A DNA stretch of 36,017 nt from Butyribacter sp. Its GTDB lineage: Bacteria; Bacillota; Clostridia; Lachnospirales; Lachnospiraceae. Positions 26,239-35,062 of this stretch are shown one piece after another. Below the pieces are notes generated by a model. That model had not been told where the DNA came from. It did not search any database and saw only the letters and a list, made by a program, of their open reading frames with translations. How positions within the stretch are numbered: the first letter of the stretch is position 1; each line of letters begins with the position of its first letter. Location of the stretch: positions 1-36,017 of the forward strand of contig JBNMLR010000001.1 of the NCBI GenBank assembly GCA_050874945.1, written 5' to 3'. The position numbers and the translations under genes were made by a program.

Positions 26239-27567
26239 ATGATAATATTTGACATTTTATCTTATATCACTGATATGCTTTTAGCCTTTGTTTATCTCAA
26301 CAGAGCTTTTCATACACGCAGGGCAAATATTCCCGCACCCCTGTTTTATGCCGCATTTGTACTGGCTGAATCTGTTTTAATGGCAAACCAGCTTTTATTT
26401 CACAATCCCGACAAACAGTTCTCTGTTTTTGTAACCATTTCTTTAAGCATACTTTCTACCTTTGCATTATGTTTTTTATATGAGACAACTTTACGCCGAA
26501 GAATAATATACAGTATAATTTTTCAGTTTTTTGCAGCCTTCTCTGAAGCTGCTTTTATGCTTATCATCAAGCTTACATCTCCTGATATGTTAAAACATGA
26601 AACACCATATTTTGTTGCTATTGCAAGTTTTGGTTCAAAAATAATATTATTTTTGTTTATACTTATCTTCACGATGTTTTCAAAGAATAACGAAAAGTCT
26701 GACTTTGAGTATCATATATTCAGCCTTGTCACACCTGTTATATCATTGTTACTCTTTAATACAATGTCTGCTCAAAAAGACTTTAAAATTGAACTTACTT
26801 CTTATGACATAATCATCTTACCTTGTATTTTAATTTTAAATGTAACAAATTATTTTATCCTTGAACGTATAAAATACACGCATAAGCTGGTATTGAAAAA
26901 TACACAGCTCGAACAGCAGATTAAATTTCAGAAAAACAAATATTCACAGCTTAGTACCACATACAGAAGTACACGACGCGTGGTGCACGACACTAAAAAA
27001 CATCATTTTACCATTTTAAAATACATCGAGGAAAAACGATATGACGAACTCAACACTTATGTTAAAGCTTCATATAAAGACCTTGAGAATACTTATTCTC
27101 CTTTCAACACCGGAAACCTGGTTATCGACTCATTACTAAACAACTATAGTGACCTGGCTAAAGAAAATAGTATTACATTCACCACCTCCCTAAATTTAGA
27201 AGCATCACGCATCCCCATAGAAGATTATGATCTCTGTATAATACTTGGAAATCTTCTCGACAACTGTTTCAATGCCTGCAAAAAACTCGCTGTTTCTGAC
27301 AGGTGGATTAAGCTCAGCATCTATATAGATGCTTATGACAAATTTCGTATAGACTGCTGCAACAATGCAAAAAATCTTCCAAAAAAAACGAAGTCTGACA
27401 CCTCATTAGAGCATGGCTTTGGCACGGCAAATATTGAACGAACCGTCAAGAAAAGCCTCGGCATAATTGCAAGCGACCTGACCGATGATAAATACACAAC
27501 CGTAATATCCATCCCTATATTAGATTTTAAGCAAAGACTTCAACCACCTAAAACAACCGCAAAGTAG
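26239..27567 (+). CDS. agrC: GHKL sensor histidine kinase (AgrC-like)
   Basis: About 6 TM helices; HDTKKH, TGNLVIDSLL, LGNLLDNC, HGFGTANI. Confidence 0.88.
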   Translation: MIIFDILSYITDMLLAFVYLNRAFHTRRANIPAPLFYAAFVLAESVLMANQLLFHNPDKQFSVFVTISLSILSTFALCFLYETTLRRRIIYSIIFQFFAAFSEAAFMLIIKLTSPDMLKHETPYFVAIASFGSKIILFLFILIFTMFSKNNEKSDFEYHIFSLVTPVISLLLFNTMSAQKDFKIELTSYDIIILPCILILNVTNYFILERIKYTHKLVLKNTQLEQQIKFQKNKYSQLSTTYRSTRRVVHDTKKHHFTILKYIEEKRYDELNTYVKASYKDLENTYSPFNTGNLVIDSLLNNYSDLAKENSITFTTSLNLEASRIPIEDYDLCIILGNLLDNCFNACKKLAVSDRWIKLSIYIDAYDKFRIDCCNNAKNLPKKTKSDTSLEHGFGTANIERTVKKSLGIIASDLTDDKYTTVISIPILDFKQRLQPPKTTAK

Positions 27568-27577
27568 CATCAGCAAG

Positions 27578-27647
27578 TGGCAAAATAAGCATCCCCCCAC
27601 CTCTTAGTGCTATACACACTAGAATTAGGAAAATGCTTATTCTGCCA
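27578..27647. terminator. Large hairpin between the convergent agrC and SDR genes
   Basis: tggcaaaataagcat...atgcttattctgcca. Confidence 0.55.
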
Positions 27648-27653
27648 TTCAAT

Positions 27654-28415
27654 CTATTTCTTTAACATTCCCACAAAATACATCTTAATCCCCGATGGTA
27701 TTAACCTTAAAACATTGTTTATTATTCCCGGAACTATAACACCTCTGCCACGCATCAACCCGTCAACTGCAATTTTCGCTGTTCTTTCTGCTGACATTGC
27801 CCATATTGGTGTTTTCAGTCCCTCTTTTTCAAAAAATTTTGTTCTTGTTGTTCCCGGACACAGTGTACTCACAACCACACCTCTTACTGCTGCCTCCTGC
27901 CTTATCGCCCTGCTGTAACTGTATATGAAAGACTTGCCCGCAAAATATGTCGAGGTATATGGTCCCGGCTGGAACGCTCCTGTCGAAGCCACATTTAAAA
28001 TCTTTCCTCTCCCATTTTCATACATATCACGCAAAAACAATTTACAAAGACAAACCGGTGCAGTCACGATTAACTGTATCATTTTTTTATCGTCTTTTAT
28101 ATTTATACTTTCAGTCCCACCCGTCAGTCCAAAGCCTGCGTTATTTACAAGTATCTCTATATCAACACCAAGAGCTTTTGCTTTGTGATACAATCTTTCT
28201 GCCCCACCTTCAACAGAAAGATCCTGCTCTATCGTAATGATATACCTTGTGTTTTTCACAATCTTTGATTTTTTAACTTCAAGTTTCCTTTTTGCTATCG
28301 CAAGATTTTTTCTGCTTGATGAAGCAAGTATCACTCCATATCCTTTTTTGAGAAATTCACCTGCCATAGCGAACCCTATTCCGCTTGTTCCACCCGTTAT
28401 CAATACATATTTCAT
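27654..28415 (-). CDS. Short-chain dehydrogenase/reductase
   Basis: TGGTSGIG, LVNNAGFG, NVAS, YFAGK (YxxxK), LCPG. Confidence 0.92.
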   Translation of the reverse strand: MKYVLITGGTSGIGFAMAGEFLKKGYGVILASSSRKNLAIAKRKLEVKKSKIVKNTRYIITIEQDLSVEGGAERLYHKAKALGVDIEILVNNAGFGLTGGTESINIKDDKKMIQLIVTAPVCLCKLFLRDMYENGRGKILNVASTGAFQPGPYTSTYFAGKSFIYSYSRAIRQEAAVRGVVVSTLCPGTTRTKFFEKEGLKTPIWAMSAERTAKIAVDGLMRGRGVIVPGIINNVLRLIPSGIKMYFVGMLKK

Positions 28416-28607
28416 ATTTTATTCAAACTCCATTTCTGTTTATTATGTCCATTCTAAAGCAACTCACATCAAAAGGATTATTGTTCCCGTATTTCCCACC
28501 GATGCTTATATTGCTGTCTGATTTTGACACTTATATCATAATGTGAAAAATTCATATATGCAAGATTTTTTACACTAAGCACAAAAAGTGTGTGCAGAAA
28601 TGGTAAT

Positions 28608-28646
28608 TCAAGCAGATATCCATAATCCGCTCTGCTACTTGCCTGA
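28608..28646. repeat. Dispersed palindromic repeat, family A copy 3 (degenerate)
   Basis: tcaagcagatatccataatccgctctgctacttgcctga. Confidence 0.55.
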
Positions 28647-28710
28647 TAATGTTAAAATATAATTTTTGTAATTTCTAATACTGATAATCCCAATTATTTA
28701 TATAATCACC

Positions 28711-28846
28711 TGCCACATCGGACTCTTTTAGGTCTGATGCCTCCGTCTTTACATTCTGATACTTCATTGCCCCCCATAAGTCCCATACAGCCTACACCTA
28801 ACATTGCCGTCGTAGCAATCATTAAGATTTTCTTATTATATCTCAT
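28711..28846 (-). pseudogene. Truncated, frameshifted tandem paralog of the 5' end of 28894..29856
   Basis: MRYNKKILMIATTAMLGVGCMGLMG vs MRCNKKVLMIATTAMLGVGCIGLMG. One extra base in a G6 run; similarity stops at gtggca. Has its own GGGAGG RBS. Confidence 0.85.
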
Positions 28847-28893
28847 AACAGTGCCTCCCTATTATTTTAAATTTAATATTTCATCTAATCTTA

Positions 28894-29856
28894 TCAGTAT
28901 TTGTACACTAAATTATATATATAATTGCCGACCAGATCATATTGCACTTCTATCTCCTGACCATCATCCATATATCCATAAATTGTAAGCAATCCCTTTT
29001 TCATCTCGCTTTTAGCAAAATCATATTTTTCATAATATGAATCCTTTACTATTTTTACAAGGTTTATATTATATACTTCCTTTAACTCCTTTATTATCTT
29101 GTCCTTATTTTCTTCAGTACTCTTGTATATTGCTTTTTTGTTATTTGAAACACTCTTACACTTCTCTAATTTTTCTTTTACTTCCTGTCTCTTTTCTTTT
29201 GACGGGAGTCTCCACTGTTCCGGAGCTTCTAATAATTCTAAGCTTGCTGACCTTATGCCCATTGTATATTTGCCTGTTTCTGCAATGGTCGAAAACCAGC
29301 CAATCACATCGTAAGATGAAGTATATTTACCCTCATATATCTGTGGTTTTTTAAAACGGATATTACACTCTCTTATAAGTTTTCCATAATACTTTCCATT
29401 TACAATTTTATTCTCATCTCTTCTCCAATCTACCTCTGCCGTTATCTGATTTTTCATCCCTTTCATTTCTTCCAGCATATAATTCCAGCCGCTTTTTTCC
29501 GCATTGTCAATAATTTCCCTGAATGTCTTTTTATAACCATAATCACCGTCCTGCTCTTTGTCCGAAAGATACTCTTTTGTTTTTTGGTCTTTATATCTTA
29601 TAAATGAAATTTCATATCCCTTATAAGTATATTTCTCTACAATCTCCTTATCCATCTTCCTTTCAACCTCATCCGGAGTCTCGCCCTCCATAGTGGCACT
29701 GGTAACATCAATACCGGCTTTTGCCACCTCAGACTCTTTTATGTCTGATGCCTCTGTCTTTACATTCTGGTACTTCATTGCTCCCATAAGTCCTATACAA
29801 CCTACACCTAACATTGCCGTTGTAGCAATCATTAAAACTTTCTTATTACATCTCAT
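28894..29856 (-). CDS. Hypothetical exported/membrane-anchored protein
   Basis: Basic N-terminus plus hydrophobic helix; highly charged body; RBS GGGAGG. Confidence 0.78.
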   Translation of the reverse strand: MRCNKKVLMIATTAMLGVGCIGLMGAMKYQNVKTEASDIKESEVAKAGIDVTSATMEGETPDEVERKMDKEIVEKYTYKGYEISFIRYKDQKTKEYLSDKEQDGDYGYKKTFREIIDNAEKSGWNYMLEEMKGMKNQITAEVDWRRDENKIVNGKYYGKLIRECNIRFKKPQIYEGKYTSSYDVIGWFSTIAETGKYTMGIRSASLELLEAPEQWRLPSKEKRQEVKEKLEKCKSVSNNKKAIYKSTEENKDKIIKELKEVYNINLVKIVKDSYYEKYDFAKSEMKKGLLTIYGYMDDGQEIEVQYDLVGNYIYNLVYKY

Positions 29857-30012
29857 AATTTCTTCCTCCCTGTCTATTATAATTCTTATAAAGCGAATCC
29901 CACATCTCCGTTTGCATCAGTAATCTTTTTTACCTTATAGCCTGCAGACAGCCATGACTTTTATCTAAAAATCTCATTCACTTTATGTTACACAATATAC
30001 TGCTTTGTCCTT

Positions 30013-30047
30013 ACCAAAAAACAACCATAAGGTTACCAAACGGTAAA
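30013..30047 (-). promoter_or_regulatory. Shared operator copy 2 (upstream of 28894..29856)
   Basis: 32/35 identical to 23519..23553. Confidence 0.65.
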
Positions 30048-30056
30048 CATTTCAGA

Positions 30057-31439
30057 TTATAATGGGATTTTTACGGTTACAGTCGTTCCGACTCCTTTTT
30101 TAGAACGGTACTCCATTGAGCCGTCATGCTTTTCAACTATCTTCTGGCAAAGGGAAACACCCAGTCCCGTTCCTCCCTGTTTCCTGCTTCTTGACTTATC
30201 TACACGATAAAACGGTTCTTTTATCTTCTCAAGTTCCTCAGGCTCCATTCCGCAGCCTGTATCAGTAATCTCGAAAACAGTCTCTTTCTCATTTTCATAT
30301 ACATATGTACTTATTTTGCCACCCTCATTTGTTGCCCTGAACGCATTTTCAAATATATTTCTTATGAGCATTTCCAAAAGAAGCTCGTCCCCGAATAAAC
30401 TGTCAGCCTTAATTTCCCACTCTGCTTTAATATTCTTTTCTGCAAATCTCTTTTCCTGCCACTTTTTAAGCTCATCCGTAAATTTATTCATACTGATATT
30501 CTGCTTTTTAATGTCGGAATGTCTTATTACCGCAAGGTCAAGCAGCTCATATGACATATTTTGCAAACGCTTTGCCTCATGCCCGATAAACTCAAGACAC
30601 TCCATCTTTTCATCATCGGAAATCTTGGCTCTCTCCATATACTCGACAAAACCGCAAATCCCTGTTACCGGAGTTTTCATTTCATGTGCAAGATTATCAA
30701 TAAACCACTGTTTACGCTCTGCCTCATCCATAATCTGTTTTATGTTATTTTCTATTGTCTCTGCCATTGTATTTATGTTCTTTCCAAGAACGGCAAGCTC
30801 ATCACTTCCTTTTATATCGGTTCTTGTCTCAAGTTCGCCGCCTGCCATTTTTTTAACTGTCTCATTAAGATTTTCCACCGGTTTAATACATTTCTGCAAT
30901 ACAACTATCATAAACAAAGCCATGATAACAGATATTCCAAGACTTCCAATCGCATAATATAATCTGATATTTTTCCACATACTGTCAAGATTATATAGTG
31001 TTTTCTCATATCCAAAATAAAATGTCTTTTTTTGATATTTTTGCATCTTAAACACCATAAGTCTTGTATGTCCGTCAATATAACACTTTAAGACTTTATT
31101 ATTTTTAATACTGTCTTTTTGAGCATTAAAATGAGCCTTATCCGAATAATAAATCTTCTTTTTTTTCTCGCCCTGCCATAACCCAAGTTCTATCTTCTGC
31201 TGTTTATAATAATTGGTATATTTCTGAATTATATTTTTAACATCCCTGTCATTTAACTGCGACTGCTGCATTTCACCGTAAATCTGGTCAATTATCATAC
31301 CAAAATCCCCGACTGCCTGTTTTTTCTCCGCCGCAATATTTTCTTTATATGTAATTCCAAAAAGCAGATATATCGCAATATTTAAAATCAGCAGTATCGG
31401 AATAATAAGCACCACATATAATTTCTGCCATAACTTCAT
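30057..31439 (-). CDS. HAMP-domain sensor histidine kinase
   Basis: 2 TM helices, HAMP (SDELAVLG), LAHEMKTP, NIFENA, DTGCG, FYRVDKSRSR..GGTGLG. Start ATG 31439. Confidence 0.92.
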   Translation of the reverse strand: MKLWQKLYVVLIIPILLILNIAIYLLFGITYKENIAAEKKQAVGDFGMIIDQIYGEMQQSQLNDRDVKNIIQKYTNYYKQQKIELGLWQGEKKKKIYYSDKAHFNAQKDSIKNNKVLKCYIDGHTRLMVFKMQKYQKKTFYFGYEKTLYNLDSMWKNIRLYYAIGSLGISVIMALFMIVVLQKCIKPVENLNETVKKMAGGELETRTDIKGSDELAVLGKNINTMAETIENNIKQIMDEAERKQWFIDNLAHEMKTPVTGICGFVEYMERAKISDDEKMECLEFIGHEAKRLQNMSYELLDLAVIRHSDIKKQNISMNKFTDELKKWQEKRFAEKNIKAEWEIKADSLFGDELLLEMLIRNIFENAFRATNEGGKISTYVYENEKETVFEITDTGCGMEPEELEKIKEPFYRVDKSRSRKQGGTGLGVSLCQKIVEKHDGSMEYRSKKGVGTTVTVKIPL

Positions 31440-31542
31440 AATAATCTCCTCTTTCATATTATTACTATTTTCCAAGCATTTGTGAAACTATCATAATCTG
31501 TACTTAACACAACCTATAATTAGTTTCGCAATGACATCTTTT

Positions 31543-32193
31543 TTAGTCAGTCTCAAGTCTGTAACCAAGCTTATTTATCGTGCAAATTTCCTTTTCAAGT
31601 CCTAATTTTTTTCTAAGTTTTCTTATATGGACATCAACGGTTTTTGTATCTCCCATATAGTCCCATCCCCATGCAAGTTCAAGAAGTTTCTCCCTTGACA
31701 TTGCCATATTTCTGTTTAAAATAAGGACTTCCAGAAGTTCATACTCCTGCGGTGCAAGCTGAACTCTCTCCCCATTTTTAAATACATCATGTCTGTCAAG
31801 ATTTACCTCAACATCACTTATCTTAAAAACATCATCATTTTTCTTTGCCCTGCGGAGCACCACATTTATTCTTGCGATAAGTTCCAATATCTCAAACGGT
31901 TTTACGATATAATCCTCCGCTCCTATCGAAAGACCGTGCAGTTTATCGTTCAGCTCACCCTTCGCCGTCACAAAAATAACGGGTACATCCTTAGTCTTTT
32001 CCATAATCTCAAACCCTGACATTCCGGGCAGCATAACATCCAGCAGCACTAAATCGAAATCTCCCTTTTCAATCATCTCAAGTCCCTCTTTACCGTCATA
32101 TATCTGTGTGCATTTGTGACCTACCATCTTAAGATTTCTTGCAACCATCTCATTTATTGTAGTATCGTCCTCAACAATTAAAATCCTAGCCAT
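31543..32193 (-). CDS. OmpR-family response regulator
   Basis: ILIVEDD, LLDVMLP, DYIVKPF; winged helix TVDVHIRKLRKKLG...GYR. Start ATG 32193. Confidence 0.93.
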   Translation of the reverse strand: MARILIVEDDTTINEMVARNLKMVGHKCTQIYDGKEGLEMIEKGDFDLVLLDVMLPGMSGFEIMEKTKDVPVIFVTAKGELNDKLHGLSIGAEDYIVKPFEILELIARINVVLRRAKKNDDVFKISDVEVNLDRHDVFKNGERVQLAPQEYELLEVLILNRNMAMSREKLLELAWGWDYMGDTKTVDVHIRKLRKKLGLEKEICTINKLGYRLETD

Positions 32194-32253
32194 ACTAAAC
32201 CTCACCTCTAAATTCTTATACTTTTGTATTTTTTACATAATAATTTTCATTAT

Positions 32254-32290
32254 GTCAGGCGGATATTCGCAATCCGCCCTGCTGCCTGAT
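32254..32290. repeat. Dispersed palindromic repeat, family A copy 4 (best preserved)
   Basis: gtcaggcggatattcgcaatccgccctgctgcctgat. Confidence 0.7.
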
Positions 32291-32496
32291 TAACAGTTTT
32301 AAAATAAAAATCACCTTACAGTAAATACATCATATATAGCATACTACAAAATAGTAACCAAATGATTATCAAATTAATATAATAATACAGATGTTTACGA
32401 AACTAACTATATGTTGTGTTATAATTGTTCAATTTTATGATGCATTATGATAGCTTCACGGGCATCTATATTCTACGGCAAAGGAGACTCAAACAT

Positions 32497-32676
32497 ATGT
32501 CCATCAAAAACTGCATTAGAAAATCAACCCAATACAACTGCTGTCTTGACAGAAAAGCAATCTGCATGAAACGCTCATGGGACGAAGTCTCAAAAATGCT
32601 CGACACTTTCTGCGACTGTAAAAAATGCCGCAAATGTCAAAAATGTAAAAAACGCCCAAAATGTAAGTGCAGATAA
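32497..32676 (+). CDS. Small Cys/Lys-rich protein (59 aa, 11 Cys)
   Basis: AAGGAG before ATG 32497; candidate TGnTATAAT at 32417-32425; C-terminus CDCKKCRKCQKCKKRPKCKCR. Confidence 0.65.
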   Translation: MSIKNCIRKSTQYNCCLDRKAICMKRSWDEVSKMLDTFCDCKKCRKCQKCKKRPKCKCR

Positions 32677-32751
32677 CTTTTTTGTATATATTTTTTCATA
32701 TATTAACTTACTTATATATGTTAAAATATATTTAAAAAACAGGAGAAAAAA

Positions 32752-33597
32752 ATGTTTACACCAAAACTTATAGTTACGGATTTAGACGGAACCGCCTTAA
32801 ATAACAACCAACAAATAACTGCAGAAACCATAGAAGCCTTTGAACGATGCCGCAAAAAAGGTATTCACATAGCAATAGCAACAGCCAGATACATAGTCGG
32901 TGCTTCTTATTATGCCAAAAAACTTCATGCGGATTTTCAGATACTTACCGATGGAACACTTGTATATGAAAACGGCAGACTTGTCTACTCACGCACAATG
33001 ACTAAAGAAATGACAAACAACATAATAAATGAACTTAAAAATTACGCTTGCACTTCCCACATAGCCATTCCAACAACAACGGCATTATATAGGTTTCCAT
33101 CTGATAATGCTAACCCTGCCGCAGACAAAAGCCCCGTTGCCAACATCAATACAGACGCAAACAACAAAAAAACGATAAAGCCATCTTTTAATAATATAAA
33201 GCAGTCTCATTCTCCGGGAATTTATTTTGATATAGACAAACCATTTCCTGAAGAAGCGTGCAAGATAGTTGCTCATATATCTGATGACAATATCGCAAAA
33301 GCCATTGCTGACAAATGTGGCTGTGAATATTTCCATTACCGTGGCGAAACCAGATATACATTTTTTCACAAAAAAGCAAGCAAACTTGATGCCATTGAAC
33401 ATATGGCAGATTATCTTAAAATTTCACTTGAAGATATATGTGTTTTCGGTGATGATATAAATGATATTGAGATGATAGAACATTGTGGATACGGAGTTGC
33501 GATGGCAAACGCACTCGATATTGTCAAAGAAAAAGCCGACTTTGTTACATTGTCAAATGAGGAAAACGGTGTTGCAAAAGTGCTGGATGAGTTTTAA
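32752..33597 (+). CDS. Cof-type HAD-IIB hydrolase
   Basis: TDLDGT, ATAR, ASKLDAI, FGDDINDIEM, AMANA, NEENGVA. Confidence 0.92.
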   Translation: MFTPKLIVTDLDGTALNNNQQITAETIEAFERCRKKGIHIAIATARYIVGASYYAKKLHADFQILTDGTLVYENGRLVYSRTMTKEMTNNIINELKNYACTSHIAIPTTTALYRFPSDNANPAADKSPVANINTDANNKKTIKPSFNNIKQSHSPGIYFDIDKPFPEEACKIVAHISDDNIAKAIADKCGCEYFHYRGETRYTFFHKKASKLDAIEHMADYLKISLEDICVFGDDINDIEMIEHCGYGVAMANALDIVKEKADFVTLSNEENGVAKVLDEF

Positions 33598-34208
33598 TAC
33601 TCATCCGCAGCCTGCTCTAATTTCTTATAATTGCAATGATATTTTAATATTTTATTTTTCTTTTGTTGTTTTACATATATTTTCTCAGCTTTCTCCTCAA
33701 TCTTTTCTTTTATATTACATATAAAATTATATTCCTTTAACATCAAAGCCATTCTTTGATTATCTGCTGTTGATGCCTGACTACTAATTTCAAAGTTAAT
33801 TTTAGTATATACACCCTTTTTCACAGGAAACATTTTTCTTATATCTAACACAGATAAAATTCTTTGCTTATAATTCTTCCTTGTTTCCAGTGGAATATTT
33901 TTCAATAACTCTTGATTTTTGATGTCAACAATAATATCATTTTTTCTAACAGGTGTTTTTGTAATATCTATAATTTCATAAATCCTATACCACTCTCCTG
34001 ATACATCTGCCCATTTTTTATGTTTTTCTTTTGCAGATGTCAACGGAATAACATATTCTCTGTCTTCCTGATTTATAAGCATTCCCAAGTGCGGTTTAAA
34101 CTTATACTCCTTATTATTTTCATCATAAAATATTTCCGAATCAGCTTCATGCATTGCTTTTAAATAATCTATATTAATATACACAAACTGTACTTTGCTA
34201 AATTTCAC
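33594..34208 (-). CDS. toxN: Type III TA toxin, ToxN/AbiQ family endoribonuclease
   Basis: YINIDYLK...KPHLGML...YVIPLTSAK...LDIRKMFPV...HCNYKKLE pattern. GTG start with AGGAGG. Preceded by a repeat array and terminator. Confidence 0.85.
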   Translation of the reverse strand: MKFSKVQFVYINIDYLKAMHEADSEIFYDENNKEYKFKPHLGMLINQEDREYVIPLTSAKEKHKKWADVSGEWYRIYEIIDITKTPVRKNDIIVDIKNQELLKNIPLETRKNYKQRILSVLDIRKMFPVKKGVYTKINFEISSQASTADNQRMALMLKEYNFICNIKEKIEEKAEKIYVKQQKKNKILKYHCNYKKLEQAADEY

Positions 34209-34223
34209 TTATGTATTCCTCCT

Positions 34224-34252
34224 AAACAAAAAGGAAGCATATGCTTCCCTTT
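34224..34252 (-). terminator. Terminator between antitoxin repeats and toxin
   Basis: Minus strand ggaagc-atat-gcttcc-ttttt. Confidence 0.8.
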
Positions 34253-34384
34253 ATCGTTTCTCATTTCAACGCCTTTGGTAGAGACACACCAACCTATATT
34301 GTTTCCCATTTCAACGCCTTTGGCAGGGACACGCCAACCTATATCGTTTTCCACTTCAACGCCTTCGGTAGGAACACACCAAAT
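34250..34384 (-). ncRNA. toxI: Type III antitoxin RNA (ToxI-like), three 45-nt repeats
   Basis: Units 34250-34294, 34295-34339 and 34340-34384, located between a promoter and the terminator upstream of toxN. Confidence 0.85.
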
Positions 34385-34409
34385 AAGAAACTACATTGTT
34401 CTTATTCTC

Positions 34410-34438
34410 ATTATATAAAATTATTCAAATATAATCAA
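34410..34438 (-). promoter_or_regulatory. Promoter of the type III TA operon
   Basis: TTGATT-17 bp-TATAAT. Confidence 0.7.
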
Positions 34439-34464
34439 TAGCAATTTTTACATATTTTTATAAT

Positions 34465-34507
34465 TAAAAAAGACGAACCACCTTAATAAAGCAGTCCGCC
34501 CTTTTAT
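34465..34507 (-). terminator. Terminator after rplL
   Basis: Minus strand agggcggactgct...ggtggttcgtct (G-U rich stem) followed by a T-tract. Confidence 0.65.
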
Positions 34508-34552
34508 TCCTGATGACAGTATATTTTCTTCACATTATAAATGTTCAGTAAA

Positions 34553-34918
34553 TTATTTAAGAGTAACCTTAGCACCTTCAGCTTCGATCTTAGCTTTGAT
34601 GTCTTCAGCTTCTTCCTTAGATGCACCCTCTTTAACAACCTTAGGAGCTCCGTCAACAACTTCCTTAGCTTCCTTAAGTCCTAAGCCTGTTACTTCACGA
34701 ACAACCTTGATAACCTTAACTTTGTTTGGTCCAACTTCTGTAAGCTCTACATCGAACTCATCTTTCTCAGCTGCTCCGTCAGCACCTGCTGCACCTGCTG
34801 CAACTACAACACCTGCTGCTGCAGAAACACCAAATTCTTCCTCACAAGCTTTTACTAAATCATTTAATTCTAAAACTGTCATGCCTTTGATAGCATCGAT
34901 AAATTCCTGAGTTGTCAT
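34553..34918 (-). CDS. rplL: 50S ribosomal protein L7/L12
   Basis: [29 protein letters not shown]. Confidence 0.98.
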   Translation of the reverse strand: MTTQEFIDAIKGMTVLELNDLVKACEEEFGVSAAAGVVVAAGAAGADGAAEKDEFDVELTEVGPNKVKVIKVVREVTGLGLKEAKEVVDGAPKVVKEGASKEEAEDIKAKIEAEGAKVTLK

Positions 34919-35062
34919 CTCATTACCTCCATAATAAATATATTTTATAAATTCGTTGCATCAGCCATCTGACTGATGTAGTATCCTGCTGCCGCTCACA
35001 CCGAAAGTGCAAACATCAGCATTTTTCTTTGGAAACCTACCGTTCCCGTTTCGTTCAAAAAA

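Noticed and set aside
28737-28988. Plus-strand ORF pair sharing PISPIQPTPNIAVVAIIK with 29693..29923
   Set aside because: The similarity is simply the antisense reading of the duplicated 5' gene segment on the minus strand.
34241-34441. 66-aa ORF with repeated IVSHFNAFGRDTPTY; also a possible CRISPR array
   Set aside because: This is the antisense reading of the 45-nt type III antitoxin repeats. The units are contiguous with no spacers and there are no cas genes.
34919-35062. Long rplJ-rplL spacer with hairpins as a separate ncRNA
   Set aside because: It has no promoter or terminator of its own, and structured spacers between these genes are ordinary.
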